Part shown: in pieces, positions 1 to 10,407 of the stretch | Layout: every line of letters starts with the position of its first letter | Numbering within the stretch: position 1 is the stretch's first letter | Source of the DNA: an uncultured archaeon | GTDB lineage: Archaea; Asgardarchaeota; Thorarchaeia; Thorarchaeales; Thorarchaeaceae | Reading direction: 5' to 3' | DNA length: 64,000 nucleotides | Assembly (NCBI GenBank): GCA_964558645.1 | Contig: CAZLEV010000002.1 | Span: 96,001-160,000, forward strand | The notes under the pieces: model-generated | The model's database searches: none | Seen by the model: the letters and a program-made list of their open reading frames with translations, nothing else | What the model was told of the DNA's origin: nothing | Translations under genes and position numbers: made by a program

Positions 1-13
1 TGGGGAATTTCAA

Positions 14-997
14 TTGTCATTCGAAGAAAATGTGATGCATTTTGATGAAGATGGTTCAATCAGAGAGAAAGTAGATGAAGGCCTAGAAGTGCTAGAGGAA
101 TTCAGACAAAGATTCCCATTCCATCGCGATTCTCAGGCAATCGAGAACCTGACTGGCGAAGATGTCTATGATCCACGAGTCAGCAAGGACTATTTCTTCT
201 ACTGGCTCGAATACAAGCTAAAACCCCTAGGTAGGATGGCAGTGGGGTCTACACTTGGATATCGTAGTGCCCGTGACCATATCGAAGTGTTCAAGGAACT
301 CCTCAAGAGTGCTGTCACGCCAAATTTGGGGCTTGCTGAGAAGGTGGATTTGGAGTGGGAAGAGCTAAGAGGTTTCGGAAACGAGAAGATAATCGCAAAG
401 AAGATCATATCGGTGTACGACGGTGATGTTCTACCCGTCTGGAAGACATCTCACCTGAAGCATTTCTATGATGCCTTGGTGGGACGTGGCACACTTCCAC
501 GAGACTTTGATAGGCGATCACTGGGACAGAAATACGAAGTATTGATGGATGGTCTTAGAGGAGTGAAGAGGGGCTCTGACGTGACGTCGGGCTGGCATAG
601 TGCATATTTCGTCAAGTTCCTTTACGCGTTCTACTATGAACAGGAAATCACTGTGGAACAGCCTCCTGTTTCAATCGAGGCTGTGAGAAATATCGGTCTC
701 AACAACTACCCCCTGACAGAGATGGATGTTGTCTTCATGTTCTCCAAGCTCCACGAAGAACTCGGCTTCCCCTATATTGTAAAGATGCAGACGGAATATC
801 CAGACATTCAAGCTCTAGATGAACACAACGATATGATTCGTATAGAGGCGGAATACCGAGCCAGTCATTTCATTCAACATGGGCACCAACCTGAAGGTTG
901 TGATGTGGTTGTCTGTTGGGAGAGCGATATTGGTGACGATTGGCCAGATCACTGGCCACAAATCATCTCATTACGTGAATATCTCAGTGAGAAATAG
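14..997 (+). CDS. Restriction-like nuclease: N-terminal domain resembling McrB-type N-termini plus C-terminal PD-(D/E)XK-like domain
   Basis: C-terminal EMDVVFMF...QTEYPDIQA...IRIEAEY...HGH...CDVVVCWE is a PD..ExE variant nuclease core. N-terminal F..RFP...YFFYWLEYK..LG resembles domains seen on McrB-like proteins. TTG start with GGGGA upstream. Confidence 0.6.
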   Translation: MSFEENVMHFDEDGSIREKVDEGLEVLEEFRQRFPFHRDSQAIENLTGEDVYDPRVSKDYFFYWLEYKLKPLGRMAVGSTLGYRSARDHIEVFKELLKSAVTPNLGLAEKVDLEWEELRGFGNEKIIAKKIISVYDGDVLPVWKTSHLKHFYDALVGRGTLPRDFDRRSLGQKYEVLMDGLRGVKRGSDVTSGWHSAYFVKFLYAFYYEQEITVEQPPVSIEAVRNIGLNNYPLTEMDVVFMFSKLHEELGFPYIVKMQTEYPDIQALDEHNDMIRIEAEYRASHFIQHGHQPEGCDVVVCWESDIGDDWPDHWPQIISLREYLSEK

Positions 998-1029
998 GTT
1001 TGAATGAACTCGGCGGGAGGTAAGGCAGA

Positions 1030-2535
1030 ATGGGTGAGGAATTCTTCACTTGGCTCGACAACCAAGTAGCATCAGAACTATCGCGTCAAGAGAAGAAGGG
1101 CATATTAGAGCTTCTCCAGAGAATATACATGGGAAGCCACATACGCGAGGAGGGAGTTAGGCAGGATGAGGATTTCATCAGTCAGAATGAATCGCATCTT
1201 GAAATCCTTTCCTCTTCGGAACTTGTCAAGAGCCGCAAGTGGTATGGGAACAGAGTGGTGGCCCCTACAAACAGAGGTATAGGCTTTGCTAAGACCATCA
1301 TCCAAGAGAATCTTCAGAGGAACTCTGGGGTAATCAAATCATTGATTTCCTCAATCAATGAATCATTGCTTGGGTTCATAGTCAATCACTTGCTGTCGAG
1401 AACGCTTTCACTCGAAGTGTCGGAGGCAGATATTGGGGAGTACTACTGGGATTGGCAAGAAATCATCTTTCTGGACAAGCGGGCCAAGCGAGCGAAAAAT
1501 GAACTCCTTGAAGGTCTAAAAAGTTTGGGACTTTCTGTTTCCGTGCACTACTATGTTTCAACTCGCGGAAAGGAATTGCGTGAACTCAATTACGTCATTG
1601 CACCGGAGATTCGGAGATACCTGCAAGATGAAGTCTGTTTTCCGGAGATATCTTGGCAGATTATCGCAAATCTGAGAGTTGCAGCGGCCCTCTGCAACGG
1701 GTATACATCTGATGAAGAATATGATGTCTTCTTCTCTTTCGATGATGAACCCGAGATACCAGAAAAATACCAACTCGCGGCAGCAAGCAAAGCGTTGATG
1801 GCCTTGCGTGAAAAGAGCGGTTTGAAATATCACACCATCGATAATGAAGGCTTTGAGATTCGTGCGGTAAATCAAGAGTCTGTACATCGGATAGCCAAAG
1901 GAATCGTCACTGAGTGCGTCGACGAGTTGCTATCGCCGGAAGACTCCAAAGAACAGAATCAACTAACAGATGCACAAGAGCATCTCGAGGCTGGAGAGAT
2001 ACCAAGGTTAATCAAAGAGCTTGTCGAAAAGAAAATGCAGTTGTTTCGGGCCTGTGCTCGAGTCCATCAGAAGAGCCTCTTTCGATCCACCCCCTCGACA
2101 GAGCAGATAGTTGTTAGGCTTCAATTATTGCCTCATAATGAAGAGGGTCTGTCTGTCTTCGTTAACCTGCTTCATCATTTCTTGATTGAAGCATCAGATA
2201 TGGTACTGCAATTCAATCAATCCGAAGAAAGAGAGCACAAGCTAATCTACAACTGGCTAGGTTTCAGCATTGGTTCAGAGCGCCGCGAAAAATACAACCA
2301 AGCAGGTATGTTCTTCCGGGAATTAAACAATCTCAGGAACTACTTCAGCCACCTAGAACACCCTGAAACTGTTTCTGTTGCCTGCGACATTCTTGAACAA
2401 TGGACTAGAAACGCATTCCCATATACACGGGAAGAGATTCTTTCTGCAAAGGTCAGAATTCTAAGCCTCGCAAAGAGTGCATTAAGCTCTCTGGAGCATC
2501 TGATACAACAAGACTACCGTGCCGACGTGAAGTGA
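1030..2535 (+). CDS. Hypothetical protein with C-terminal HEPN-like domain (putative RNase effector)
   Basis: 501 aa ORF; helical C-terminus with LNNLRNYFSH (R-x4-H); GGAGGT SD upstream. Confidence 0.55.
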   Translation: MGEEFFTWLDNQVASELSRQEKKGILELLQRIYMGSHIREEGVRQDEDFISQNESHLEILSSSELVKSRKWYGNRVVAPTNRGIGFAKTIIQENLQRNSGVIKSLISSINESLLGFIVNHLLSRTLSLEVSEADIGEYYWDWQEIIFLDKRAKRAKNELLEGLKSLGLSVSVHYYVSTRGKELRELNYVIAPEIRRYLQDEVCFPEISWQIIANLRVAAALCNGYTSDEEYDVFFSFDDEPEIPEKYQLAAASKALMALREKSGLKYHTIDNEGFEIRAVNQESVHRIAKGIVTECVDELLSPEDSKEQNQLTDAQEHLEAGEIPRLIKELVEKKMQLFRACARVHQKSLFRSTPSTEQIVVRLQLLPHNEEGLSVFVNLLHHFLIEASDMVLQFNQSEEREHKLIYNWLGFSIGSERREKYNQAGMFFRELNNLRNYFSHLEHPETVSVACDILEQWTRNAFPYTREEILSAKVRILSLAKSALSSLEHLIQQDYRADVK

Positions 2536-3204
2536 AAGAAAAGGGGGAATCCAACAATGTCCATGGCATCGTAGAGAACGGGAAGTGAGGTGGAGGAAGA
2601 AGCGGCGGGGCTCCCCACATTCACCCCTCCCCCATTCGCGCCGAAGCTCCTTCTGCAGAGAGATCTTGTCGAGCTCTTCCATTGTCTGCTTGAAGTCCTC
2701 GGTCAGCTCGAACTCGGGAATCAGGCGGATCCATTTCACGAGTTTGCCTTCTTCAGCCTTGAAGACATCAGAAACACGAATATCCGCAATCGGGACATAC
2801 TGAGTTTCGAATCCTTTGTCTTGCAGTCTTTTCAAGAGCTCCTCGGCCCTCATCATCCCCAACCTCCGTTCGGTCTCCTGACGCCTAAGGATTCTTATGA
2901 TTTGCTTCTTGATGTCAGGCAACTGCTTCAATTCCTCAGACTCTTCTTCACTGAGTGCACGCAAGAACCAGCGTAACTCCCCAACCTCTACGCCCCTACT
3001 GTCACGGCAATAATCGATTGTCTTGTCGATGAGCCAGTTGTCTAGGGCGTATTGGATGGCCTGATTTGCCAGACTTGGCTTGTTCAGGTCACCCTGAGAT
3101 TCAATCCTGTCTTTGAGAGCTTCTTCCAGGTCCTCAAGAGGTAACCCTCGCTGGCCGCACGTGTCCAGCAAATCCATTAGAATTGCGACAGCTCCATCTA
3201 TCAT
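2482..3204 (-). CDS. Winged-helix-like hypothetical protein, paralog of 16640..17230; C-terminus probably frameshift-extended
   Basis: Shares LANQAI, ALDNWLID, EESEELKQLP, LIPEFELTE and SLQKELRRE with the 16640..17230 product; 28-bp identical DNA at 2696-2723 and 16713-16740. Confidence 0.75.
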   Translation of the reverse strand: MIDGAVAILMDLLDTCGQRGLPLEDLEEALKDRIESQGDLNKPSLANQAIQYALDNWLIDKTIDYCRDSRGVEVGELRWFLRALSEEESEELKQLPDIKKQIIRILRRQETERRLGMMRAEELLKRLQDKGFETQYVPIADIRVSDVFKAEEGKLVKWIRLIPEFELTEDFKQTMEELDKISLQKELRREWGRGECGEPRRFFLHLTSRSLRCHGHCWIPPFLSLHVGTVVLLYQMLQRA

Positions 3205-3463
3205 CTTGTTCTCTCTCAGGTTTCTCCATATGCAATTTCAACTCATTGCCAAGTTCCTCCGACTGCGACTTCAGACAAGCCGCGGACACGATACCGATGA
3301 ATAGAGTCGAGAACACCACGAAGAGGACTAGGCCCCCGATGTTCGCGGAGGCCTCCGGGTATAGGTCAAGGGGGAGCATCGACGCGGTGGTCAGGACCAG
3401 CACGACGCGGAGCACAGCAATGAACCTGAAGAGGGCGACCTTCAGGCCACCATTCTCGGTCAT
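3134..3463 (-). CDS. Small membrane protein (2 predicted TM helices)
   Basis: Two hydrophobic stretches in 109 aa; GAGGTG SD upstream. Confidence 0.45.
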   Translation of the reverse strand: MTENGGLKVALFRFIAVLRVVLVLTTASMLPLDLYPEASANIGGLVLFVVFSTLFIGIVSAACLKSQSEELGNELKLHMEKPEREQDDRWSCRNSNGFAGHVRPARVTS

Positions 3464-3775
3464 GATTCACACACCTCTCATCGTACAATACGGTGTATCG
3501 GTATTGCTTGAATGTTCGGACAGAGAAAGCAGAGAGCGGATAGAGGTATTGGATGCCTTTAGCAGTGTAATTAGAGTTGCTTTATTTAAAAGAGGTAATT
3601 GACCCTTTGTTACCATTTTGGAGCAATATGGCGTGCTATTATTGGCGGCTACTGTATACTAGTGCACGGATTTCGCAATCTAGCTCCTCATTCTCAGGGG
3701 GCATCTCTATTGTCTTTAGTTGATGTTACCTCCAAAACGCCCTTCATCGAAACATCGATTGGGTTTGATAATCAG

Positions 3776-6613
3776 TTAGACGGATGGCGAAGGTGGCCAC
3801 CAGCGAGGGGCGTGCGTTTCAAAGGCCTCTGGTTGGACAATGCCACATCTCGCAAGAACACTCACGAATTCTCTTGAGTCAAGAAGCCCTGAGAGAGCCC
3901 AGACATATAGTAGAGCGAAAGTCGAAGCATCAAGGAGTGTCACACCTCTATCCTTTGCCACAGAATGAAGATTTCTATCGAAAGTAAGCCAACCTACAGT
4001 AATTCTGTGTGTTGACCGCCCTTGACATTTCTGGAGCGGGGAGAGCGCATCGGAATGACTTTCGATTGGCGTTCCGTCAGTCCTAGTCTTTGCTTCAAAA
4101 CAAAGCCTTACCTTACCTCCTGAGGAAACAAGGTATGCTTCCGGCCGAGGTATGTTGGCACCTGCGCCCCGATCACGTACCTGCTGCGATTCAAGCCCAG
4201 GCCAGAACTGCCCAAGCCCGGTAATTGCACTCCGGACTCCTTCTTCAAAAGCATCGGGCCCGTGTAGAAGCTTCTCTACGTTATCTGTGAATTTGCCCAT
4301 GTACTTCGCCAATAATCGGACGTACTCCGCTCTTCGTCTGGTCAAATCCTCGACTGACCAAAGGGCTCGAGCCTTGCAGTCATAGAACTCTCGCGAGCTC
4401 AGCCCAGTATCTCGAGGTGAAAAGTCCTCATAAGGATACTCTAGGAGATCTCTTACTGTCGATATATCCATCCTTCGAAGACTTTGAACAATCTTTCTTC
4501 CATTAACATCGCGCCGAAAGAGACGTATCAGGTCTGCGCTAGCGTGGTCCGACCCGATTTCTAGACTGTCACGAAGTCTCCTGAGGTGTGAAATCAAATG
4601 CCCACAACTGCCGACCTTCTCCGGACCGCATTTGTCAGCTATCGTCAAGTACTGCTGTAGCACTTCCACCGCACTAGGAACTAGCCGCTCAATGACTTCC
4701 TCGGGAGAATGGAACTGTCCTAGCTTGTCGCCTATATCCTTCAGTGACTCTTCCGAAATTGATGAGTCTAAGAGTGATGCACAGAAATACGCTTGTTGAC
4801 GGCGACGTGTTACTTGCACGGTCATTTCACGACCAGAGCTGTCCATATTGGCGATATATCGGCTATACTGCGATTCGTTCGATACTTCATGGCCGAAGAA
4901 GGAGCTGTCGAATCGGCTAGTCAAGCATAGATAGAAGAGGGCAGCCATCCGGTCAAACGCCTTTCCTCTGAAGACCTCCGACGACTCACCTAGGTTTCTA
5001 ATCAGAAGACAGGCATCGCTCGGTATCGCACCACTAGTGATGACCGCCCGCCCCAGGTCTGTACACTCATAGCGGGTTTCCGATTCGTTTCCATCTGAGG
5101 AGATGAACCCATATCTTGTGAGCGCATCAAGAGAATTCTTCAGAGTCAGTTCCGTTCTTCGGTCCATATCAGGGGGAGCAAAACTTCTGGAAAGAGTTAC
5201 CTCGAGTTGCGAGAGAGATCGCATCCCCTGCCAGATCCATGACAGGAGTGCTAACTGAGTTTCCGAAGCGTCGCGGAGAAGATAGGATTCGAGCCGTGGC
5301 TCTGTGTCCAGGATGTATTCGTCCAAAGAGGATTCCATATCCATGGTCGATTCTGTCAGAATCACGCTTTCGCCCTCTTCTTGGAGTCCAGATCGACCGG
5401 CACGTCCAGCCATATTCTTGTACTTGACTGATGATATTGAAGATTGGGCAACTCTGGTATCGTAGAAGTACACACGCGATGCAGGAAGATTGACCCCAAC
5501 GCCCAAGGTGGTTGTCGACACCAATACTATCAGTCGCCGTTGCCTGAACTCAGATTCAATCAAGGATCGGAGGGTCTTTCCAAGACCCGCATGGTGATAT
5601 GCAACTCCAGTTGAGAAGAGCTTGTGGAAGGTGCGGATAGTATTCTCTGATGAGTAGCGAATCTCGTCAAGCAGTTTATGTGAACGAATGATGTCTTCTT
5701 CGGGGAGTTCAATATCTTCAGACGCAATCCTGCCAGCTAGGTGTTTCGAGATGATCTGGGCAAGCCTTCGAGCATCCTTTCGCGTTGGTACAAAGATGAT
5801 AACCTGAGCGCGAATGTCAGTATCACTTTCCAAGTAGTCTAGCACCATGTACACGAGAACTGCATCCTTGTCCAAATCCGACTCGTACTCAAGCTCTTCA
5901 TGAGAGACCAGACTTCCATTCTCATAGAAGTCGATAGTGTGCGTGTCGGGGTCGAGAACTCCTTCACGAAGCGGCGTTGGCCTCCAATGAGACAAGACAG
6001 AGTGCTTTTCGCATTCAAGCCACTGCTCTATCTGGTCAGTGTTTGAAACCACGGAGCAGAGGGCCAGGATCGGAGGACGCTGTGGATTAGCAAGAAGCTG
6101 GGTAATGGCCGCCTCCTGACGAGCTCCTCGCCTGTGTTCTTCGATGAAGTGCAGTTCATCCACGACAACAAGATCTACACTCAGGACTCTCTCCAAACTT
6201 GTCCTCAGCATCAGCTGGAACAGCTCATATGTGAGGACCAGTACGTTGCTCTCCACCAACGGATCTCCATCTATCGCCTCGTCACCTGTCCATATGTTAA
6301 CCTGTCTGCCGAAAGATGTATTCTCGAGAAAGGAGAAGCGCTCCCCGATCTCTCTAGCCATAGCCTTGTACGGCACCAGATATAGAATCAGTCCGTGTAT
6401 ATTCTGGTACAGCTTCTTCATTATCGCTAGTTCAGCTACGAATGTCTTGCCGCTGCCGTGCGGTGCACTCACCAAGAAACTGTCCCACTCGAAATCCAAG
6501 AGACCCTTCTCTATTGCCTCAGCCTGCGCAGGCCAAATCTCATTAAGAGATCTCTCCTTTAGTATTTTCAAGTAACTACTAGGGAAGTACTTACTAAGTT
6601 CTGAAACGTTCAT
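3776..6613 (-). CDS. Ski2/Hel308-like SF2 helicase fused to a C-terminal Mrr-like PD-(D/E)XK nuclease
   Basis: Q motif WPAQAEA, Walker A APHGSGKT, DELH, HHAGL, TTTLGVGVNLPA, MAGRAGR. C-terminal RPEAYL...LCFEAKT...GVTLLD. Start set at ATG 6613 (MNVSEL, GGTGGTG SD) rather than 6733. Confidence 0.85.
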   Translation of the reverse strand: MNVSELSKYFPSSYLKILKERSLNEIWPAQAEAIEKGLLDFEWDSFLVSAPHGSGKTFVAELAIMKKLYQNIHGLILYLVPYKAMAREIGERFSFLENTSFGRQVNIWTGDEAIDGDPLVESNVLVLTYELFQLMLRTSLERVLSVDLVVVDELHFIEEHRRGARQEAAITQLLANPQRPPILALCSVVSNTDQIEQWLECEKHSVLSHWRPTPLREGVLDPDTHTIDFYENGSLVSHEELEYESDLDKDAVLVYMVLDYLESDTDIRAQVIIFVPTRKDARRLAQIISKHLAGRIASEDIELPEEDIIRSHKLLDEIRYSSENTIRTFHKLFSTGVAYHHAGLGKTLRSLIESEFRQRRLIVLVSTTTLGVGVNLPASRVYFYDTRVAQSSISSVKYKNMAGRAGRSGLQEEGESVILTESTMDMESSLDEYILDTEPRLESYLLRDASETQLALLSWIWQGMRSLSQLEVTLSRSFAPPDMDRRTELTLKNSLDALTRYGFISSDGNESETRYECTDLGRAVITSGAIPSDACLLIRNLGESSEVFRGKAFDRMAALFYLCLTSRFDSSFFGHEVSNESQYSRYIANMDSSGREMTVQVTRRRQQAYFCASLLDSSISEESLKDIGDKLGQFHSPEEVIERLVPSAVEVLQQYLTIADKCGPEKVGSCGHLISHLRRLRDSLEIGSDHASADLIRLFRRDVNGRKIVQSLRRMDISTVRDLLEYPYEDFSPRDTGLSSREFYDCKARALWSVEDLTRRRAEYVRLLAKYMGKFTDNVEKLLHGPDAFEEGVRSAITGLGQFWPGLESQQVRDRGAGANIPRPEAYLVSSGGKVRLCFEAKTRTDGTPIESHSDALSPLQKCQGRSTHRITVGWLTFDRNLHSVAKDRGVTLLDASTFALLYVWALSGLLDSREFVSVLARCGIVQPEAFETHAPRWWPPSPSV

Positions 6614-6905
6614 CCCAAACACCACCGATATGGGGCTATGCTCTTCCCGGATTTCAGTCTTTGCTCGCGAGTACCTCGAAGTGACTAAATGAGCTGAATC
6701 GGCCGTTGTCCTGATGTTAGCACAAGAAATCAATGCGGGACCTCCCCGATTTGAAAACCTTCGCCGCCTTTCTTGTTCCGTGCGTAAGAAGAGGCAATCC
6801 CACTAGATTAACCAAAAGAGATCATCATTGCGGCAAACCAGATGGCAGGCCTAAGTCGGCCTTGAAGCTCGATGCAATGAATTTGACAGTGTGCCATGCC
6901 AGATC

Positions 6906-8360
6906 CTATTTCCATGCACGCAATCCTTTGAGGTTTTCTAGGGCTAGGTTCTTTATATCATCAGCGAGTCCTCCACGCGATTTGACTCTGTCGTAGAAGT
7001 TCCTCTTGACCTCGTCTGATATCTTTGCGTCACGAACTGCGAGAATGAATTCCCTTGTTGTTCTATTCAGAGGGTTGGGGTTCTCGGCCAGTTTCTCGTA
7101 CGCCTCATTGGATAGACTATTCCCATCATACTCGCAGGCAAAGGAATAGAACTTCTCACCTAGGGCCGAAGAGGCAGGATAGTACTGCTTCGCGGCTGCG
7201 TTGATCCATCTGACCTTCTCTTCTTCGTCAAGACTGTCAAATGCAGTTCTTAGTAATCCCGCAATGTTAGACCGGTTCTTGTAAGTGCGATTGTCCCCAA
7301 CCGGCTGAGAGAATACAGCTTCGGGCTTGAAGAAGTTGTCCGGTGTGGGAATGAGAGTCAAATTCAGCTCGTCAAATTGACCCGTCATCTCGAACACAGC
7401 CATCAGATTCTCAAACCATCTCTTAAGGCGTTCACAGTTTTCCCCATTGGCCTTCTTGATGGTACACTCAGCAAAGGCACCTTGCCAAGCTGCGAGTAGT
7501 ACATGAGAGGTAGGGGAAACCCGTGACATGGCTTCTCTCATCTCATAGAGAAACCAATCGTACGTGTTGGAAAAGCGGCTCCATTGTCCTGCAGAGGCTA
7601 TCCGTTCTAAATCGCTTGCGGCATCTTTCAGCCGTTCGATGATATTCATTCGTGTTTCCTCCCCGATAGGCGACTCGGTGGGGTGCCAATTTTGCAGTGC
7701 GTCTTTAGCGTAGTCAACAAACGCTATCCGCTCTAGGCGTTGTGTGATTTCTCTTGCAGTTCCTCGCAAAGCTGTGTCGACAATGATCAGAGGCCCAATT
7801 AAAACTGCAAGGGCTAGTATGAGCCAACTGAGGCCTAACAAGTATTCCCACAGAGCAATACTCCAGAGAATGAACAGGATGCCGACACCTGCTCGGCGCT
7901 TGAGTTTCCAGAGCATTTTCTGAACGACCAACGAGTCCATTGCACCCTCGACTATATTGAGTGTGCTTTCAGAAGTAGCAGTCCATGTTGGTTTGTACCA
8001 GTTTGTGACAACCTGGTCTATTGTGGCTACCAGACATTGGAGATCACTGTTGCACTCACGACTGTCCTTCCAGAAGAGTAATGCATCTCGCTTTGAACCG
8101 TACTTGGCCACTCCTTCGATCCACTTGTCAGCTGCCTTGTCAACATTGCTGATGAACAACAGAGCTGTGATGAGTCCAGTGCCTCCACCCAGGATAAGCA
8201 AGGTACTCAACGTGGCAGTTAGGACATCGTCGATCCCCGTTTCAAATAGAGTTGGGAGTAAATCCAGCAACAACGGTGTCAGTAATGCTGTCAAAGAGAA
8301 ACCGATGGCAGTATAAAATCCAATGTGGTCCTCGGATGATAGCATCTGGTTCAGTGACAA
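6906..8360 (-). CDS. Hypothetical membrane protein (about 4 N-terminal TM helices plus a soluble helical C-terminal domain)
   Basis: 484 aa ORF with two pairs of hydrophobic segments; no family recognised. Confidence 0.6.
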   Translation of the reverse strand: MSLNQMLSSEDHIGFYTAIGFSLTALLTPLLLDLLPTLFETGIDDVLTATLSTLLILGGGTGLITALLFISNVDKAADKWIEGVAKYGSKRDALLFWKDSRECNSDLQCLVATIDQVVTNWYKPTWTATSESTLNIVEGAMDSLVVQKMLWKLKRRAGVGILFILWSIALWEYLLGLSWLILALAVLIGPLIIVDTALRGTAREITQRLERIAFVDYAKDALQNWHPTESPIGEETRMNIIERLKDAASDLERIASAGQWSRFSNTYDWFLYEMREAMSRVSPTSHVLLAAWQGAFAECTIKKANGENCERLKRWFENLMAVFEMTGQFDELNLTLIPTPDNFFKPEAVFSQPVGDNRTYKNRSNIAGLLRTAFDSLDEEEKVRWINAAAKQYYPASSALGEKFYSFACEYDGNSLSNEAYEKLAENPNPLNRTTREFILAVRDAKISDEVKRNFYDRVKSRGGLADDIKNLALENLKGLRAWK

Positions 8361-8499
8361 TTTCGCATTCCCCGTGGTCCATTGTCCACGTTTCTGTTCA
8401 CGTCTTTAGGGGAGTTAAGCCAATTATGGTTTTCCATCGGAAGAAGGAACGTCTATGGTGCTTCTTCTCGATTCCTATGGAGGGGTAGTTTCACTCACA

Positions 8500-9036
8500 T
8501 TAGTCTATATGAAGCTCTTCATATCTTCTCATCAGATACCCCAATATCTTGTCGAGGATGACACTGCTTTCCGAGAGAAGGTCCATCTGATCGGTATCCT
8601 TGTAGCCTTTCTCACCATGGACCAAGTTGCATCGGACTTTATACAGCCACATCAAAAGGGTTCTGATAGCCTCTCTTGATTCATCTGAACTGATTGCCTC
8701 CTTAAGCTTCTTTGTGATTGGCAGTCCAGAAGGAGGTCTAGGCCAATACTCCTCTCGATAAATAGGAAGCATATTCAAGTATCGATCTAGACAAGGCCGT
8801 AGCAAGGAAATCAGTTCATCTGGGTCTTCTACCAGATCAATGGTAGCAATTGCTCGTGTAGAATCCCCGCTCGATAGATCAGCTCCTGGATATTTCGTCT
8901 TCTTGTATAGATTGTATAGGATATTGTAGGCTATAAAGACCGAAATGTACCTATTGAAGGCATCGACCTCTTGCTTGGCCTTATGTTGCCATTCCCTTAC
9001 TTTTCCAAGAAACATCTCTCGTTTTTTGTTCTCCAT
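8500..9036 (-). CDS. Stand-alone HEPN-domain protein (ApeA-like)
   Basis: N-terminal RYISVFIAYNILY and C-terminal LYKVRCNLVHGEK (R-x4-H-G-x-K). Start set at ATG 9036 with GGAGTGG SD. Confidence 0.75.
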   Translation of the reverse strand: MENKKREMFLGKVREWQHKAKQEVDAFNRYISVFIAYNILYNLYKKTKYPGADLSSGDSTRAIATIDLVEDPDELISLLRPCLDRYLNMLPIYREEYWPRPPSGLPITKKLKEAISSDESREAIRTLLMWLYKVRCNLVHGEKGYKDTDQMDLLSESSVILDKILGYLMRRYEELHID

Positions 9037-9385
9037 CTGAAATCCACTCCCCTGATATTGCCCACTTGGCGGACGTTGATACATCGTAACAGTATCCCGA
9101 CTTATAAAAGTGCCTTGCTGGCAATCATTGATTATCACATAATACGGCACCTACCCAATTCCCACCATGATAAAACTCAATGCCCGTGAAGCATCCGAAA
9201 CTAGGACCTACACAAACTATCTCAGGATTTTATTGAGAGTGGAGAAGTGAGTAGATTAGCCGGTTCGACCGGATTCAAAGCCAGAGAGGCAAGGGAAATT
9301 GCCGATTGTGACTTCAAGCAGCAGGGAGAAGACTATCCGCGATAGAATAATACGTTCCCGTGTTATCTACTCATAGGCATTTCAA

Positions 9386-10225
9386 TTGAGGCTAACCACT
9401 AGACAGAGAAAGATGATTGAGAATCTTGAAAGAGGGGCAATAGTATGCCGAACTGGATTGCTCTCTAATCCCCTAGTTGGAAAACAGTCGAATTCTCTCG
9501 CGGATTCCATTATCTGTTTCGTTCACAACTATGCCCATGAACGACAGGGCGCCGCCCAAGGATACCGAACACTAGCGGCCCTCTCCGTTGAGAGGGAGAT
9601 TCCGCGGTCGTCCAGATACATCAAACCGTCGGATGTGAGAAGAGTTTGGGAAGTCTACAAGGAACTGGCTGGGAAGTACTTCCCCGATCTCTCACTCAAC
9701 CCCACGAACAATCCTATCAATGAAGACAAGGGTGTCCTGAGTGTTCTGTGTGAAGACAAGACTCCAAACCTTTACGGTCGTGTTACGAATCTTCTGACCC
9801 GCGGCGAAGCGAAAGCAGCGCATGATTTCATTAAACAGATTCGAGGTGTGGGAAACAAGATTGCCGCATTCTATCTTAGAGATATCGTATGCATTGAGAA
9901 AATCCCTGAAGATGAATTAGACACCATACACCTCATACAGCCTGTTGACACGTGGGTCCGACAAGCATATTCCGTGGTTATGGGAAAGAATCTGCCCCAA
10001 GACCAGATTGAAGCGATGAAGGATGTTGCAGATTTGTGCAAAGCAGCACAGTGTTCCCACGTAGAGTTCAATCAGGGAGCATGGGCCTGCGGTAGTCTGC
10101 TCGGCAAGGACATCTACCACCTACGGAGAATAGCAGAAGGATTTGATGACCGGATTCGAGAAAGCTTTGAAGAGGTAAAAAATCTCGCGAAAGGCATGGC
10201 AAAATACTTCGATACAGAGACCTAG
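9386..10225 (+). CDS. HhH-GPD superfamily DNA glycosylase/AP lyase (island-encoded)
   Basis: HhH motif IRGVGNKIAAFYLRD with the lyase Lys, and PVDTWV with the catalytic Asp. Confidence 0.75.
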   Translation: MRLTTRQRKMIENLERGAIVCRTGLLSNPLVGKQSNSLADSIICFVHNYAHERQGAAQGYRTLAALSVEREIPRSSRYIKPSDVRRVWEVYKELAGKYFPDLSLNPTNNPINEDKGVLSVLCEDKTPNLYGRVTNLLTRGEAKAAHDFIKQIRGVGNKIAAFYLRDIVCIEKIPEDELDTIHLIQPVDTWVRQAYSVVMGKNLPQDQIEAMKDVADLCKAAQCSHVEFNQGAWACGSLLGKDIYHLRRIAEGFDDRIRESFEEVKNLAKGMAKYFDTET

Positions 10226-10407
10226 AAATCCCGTCTACGTCGGTATTGACACGCCTAATCAGAAACCCGTTTGATATGGTGTCCACATCCGGTTATCTGT
10301 CCATCGGCATAGTCCTCATCCGGAGCGTAGCTCCAACCTCCATGAGGAACAGACATATCTGTCAAAGTCTACATCTGTGATTAACCGAGAGTTGGGGGTT
10401 CATCTGA

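Noticed and set aside
3776-8360. Canonical Hachiman (HamAB) system
   Set aside because: No HamA/DUF1837-like neighbour recognised; the adjacent gene is a membrane protein and the nuclease is fused to the helicase.
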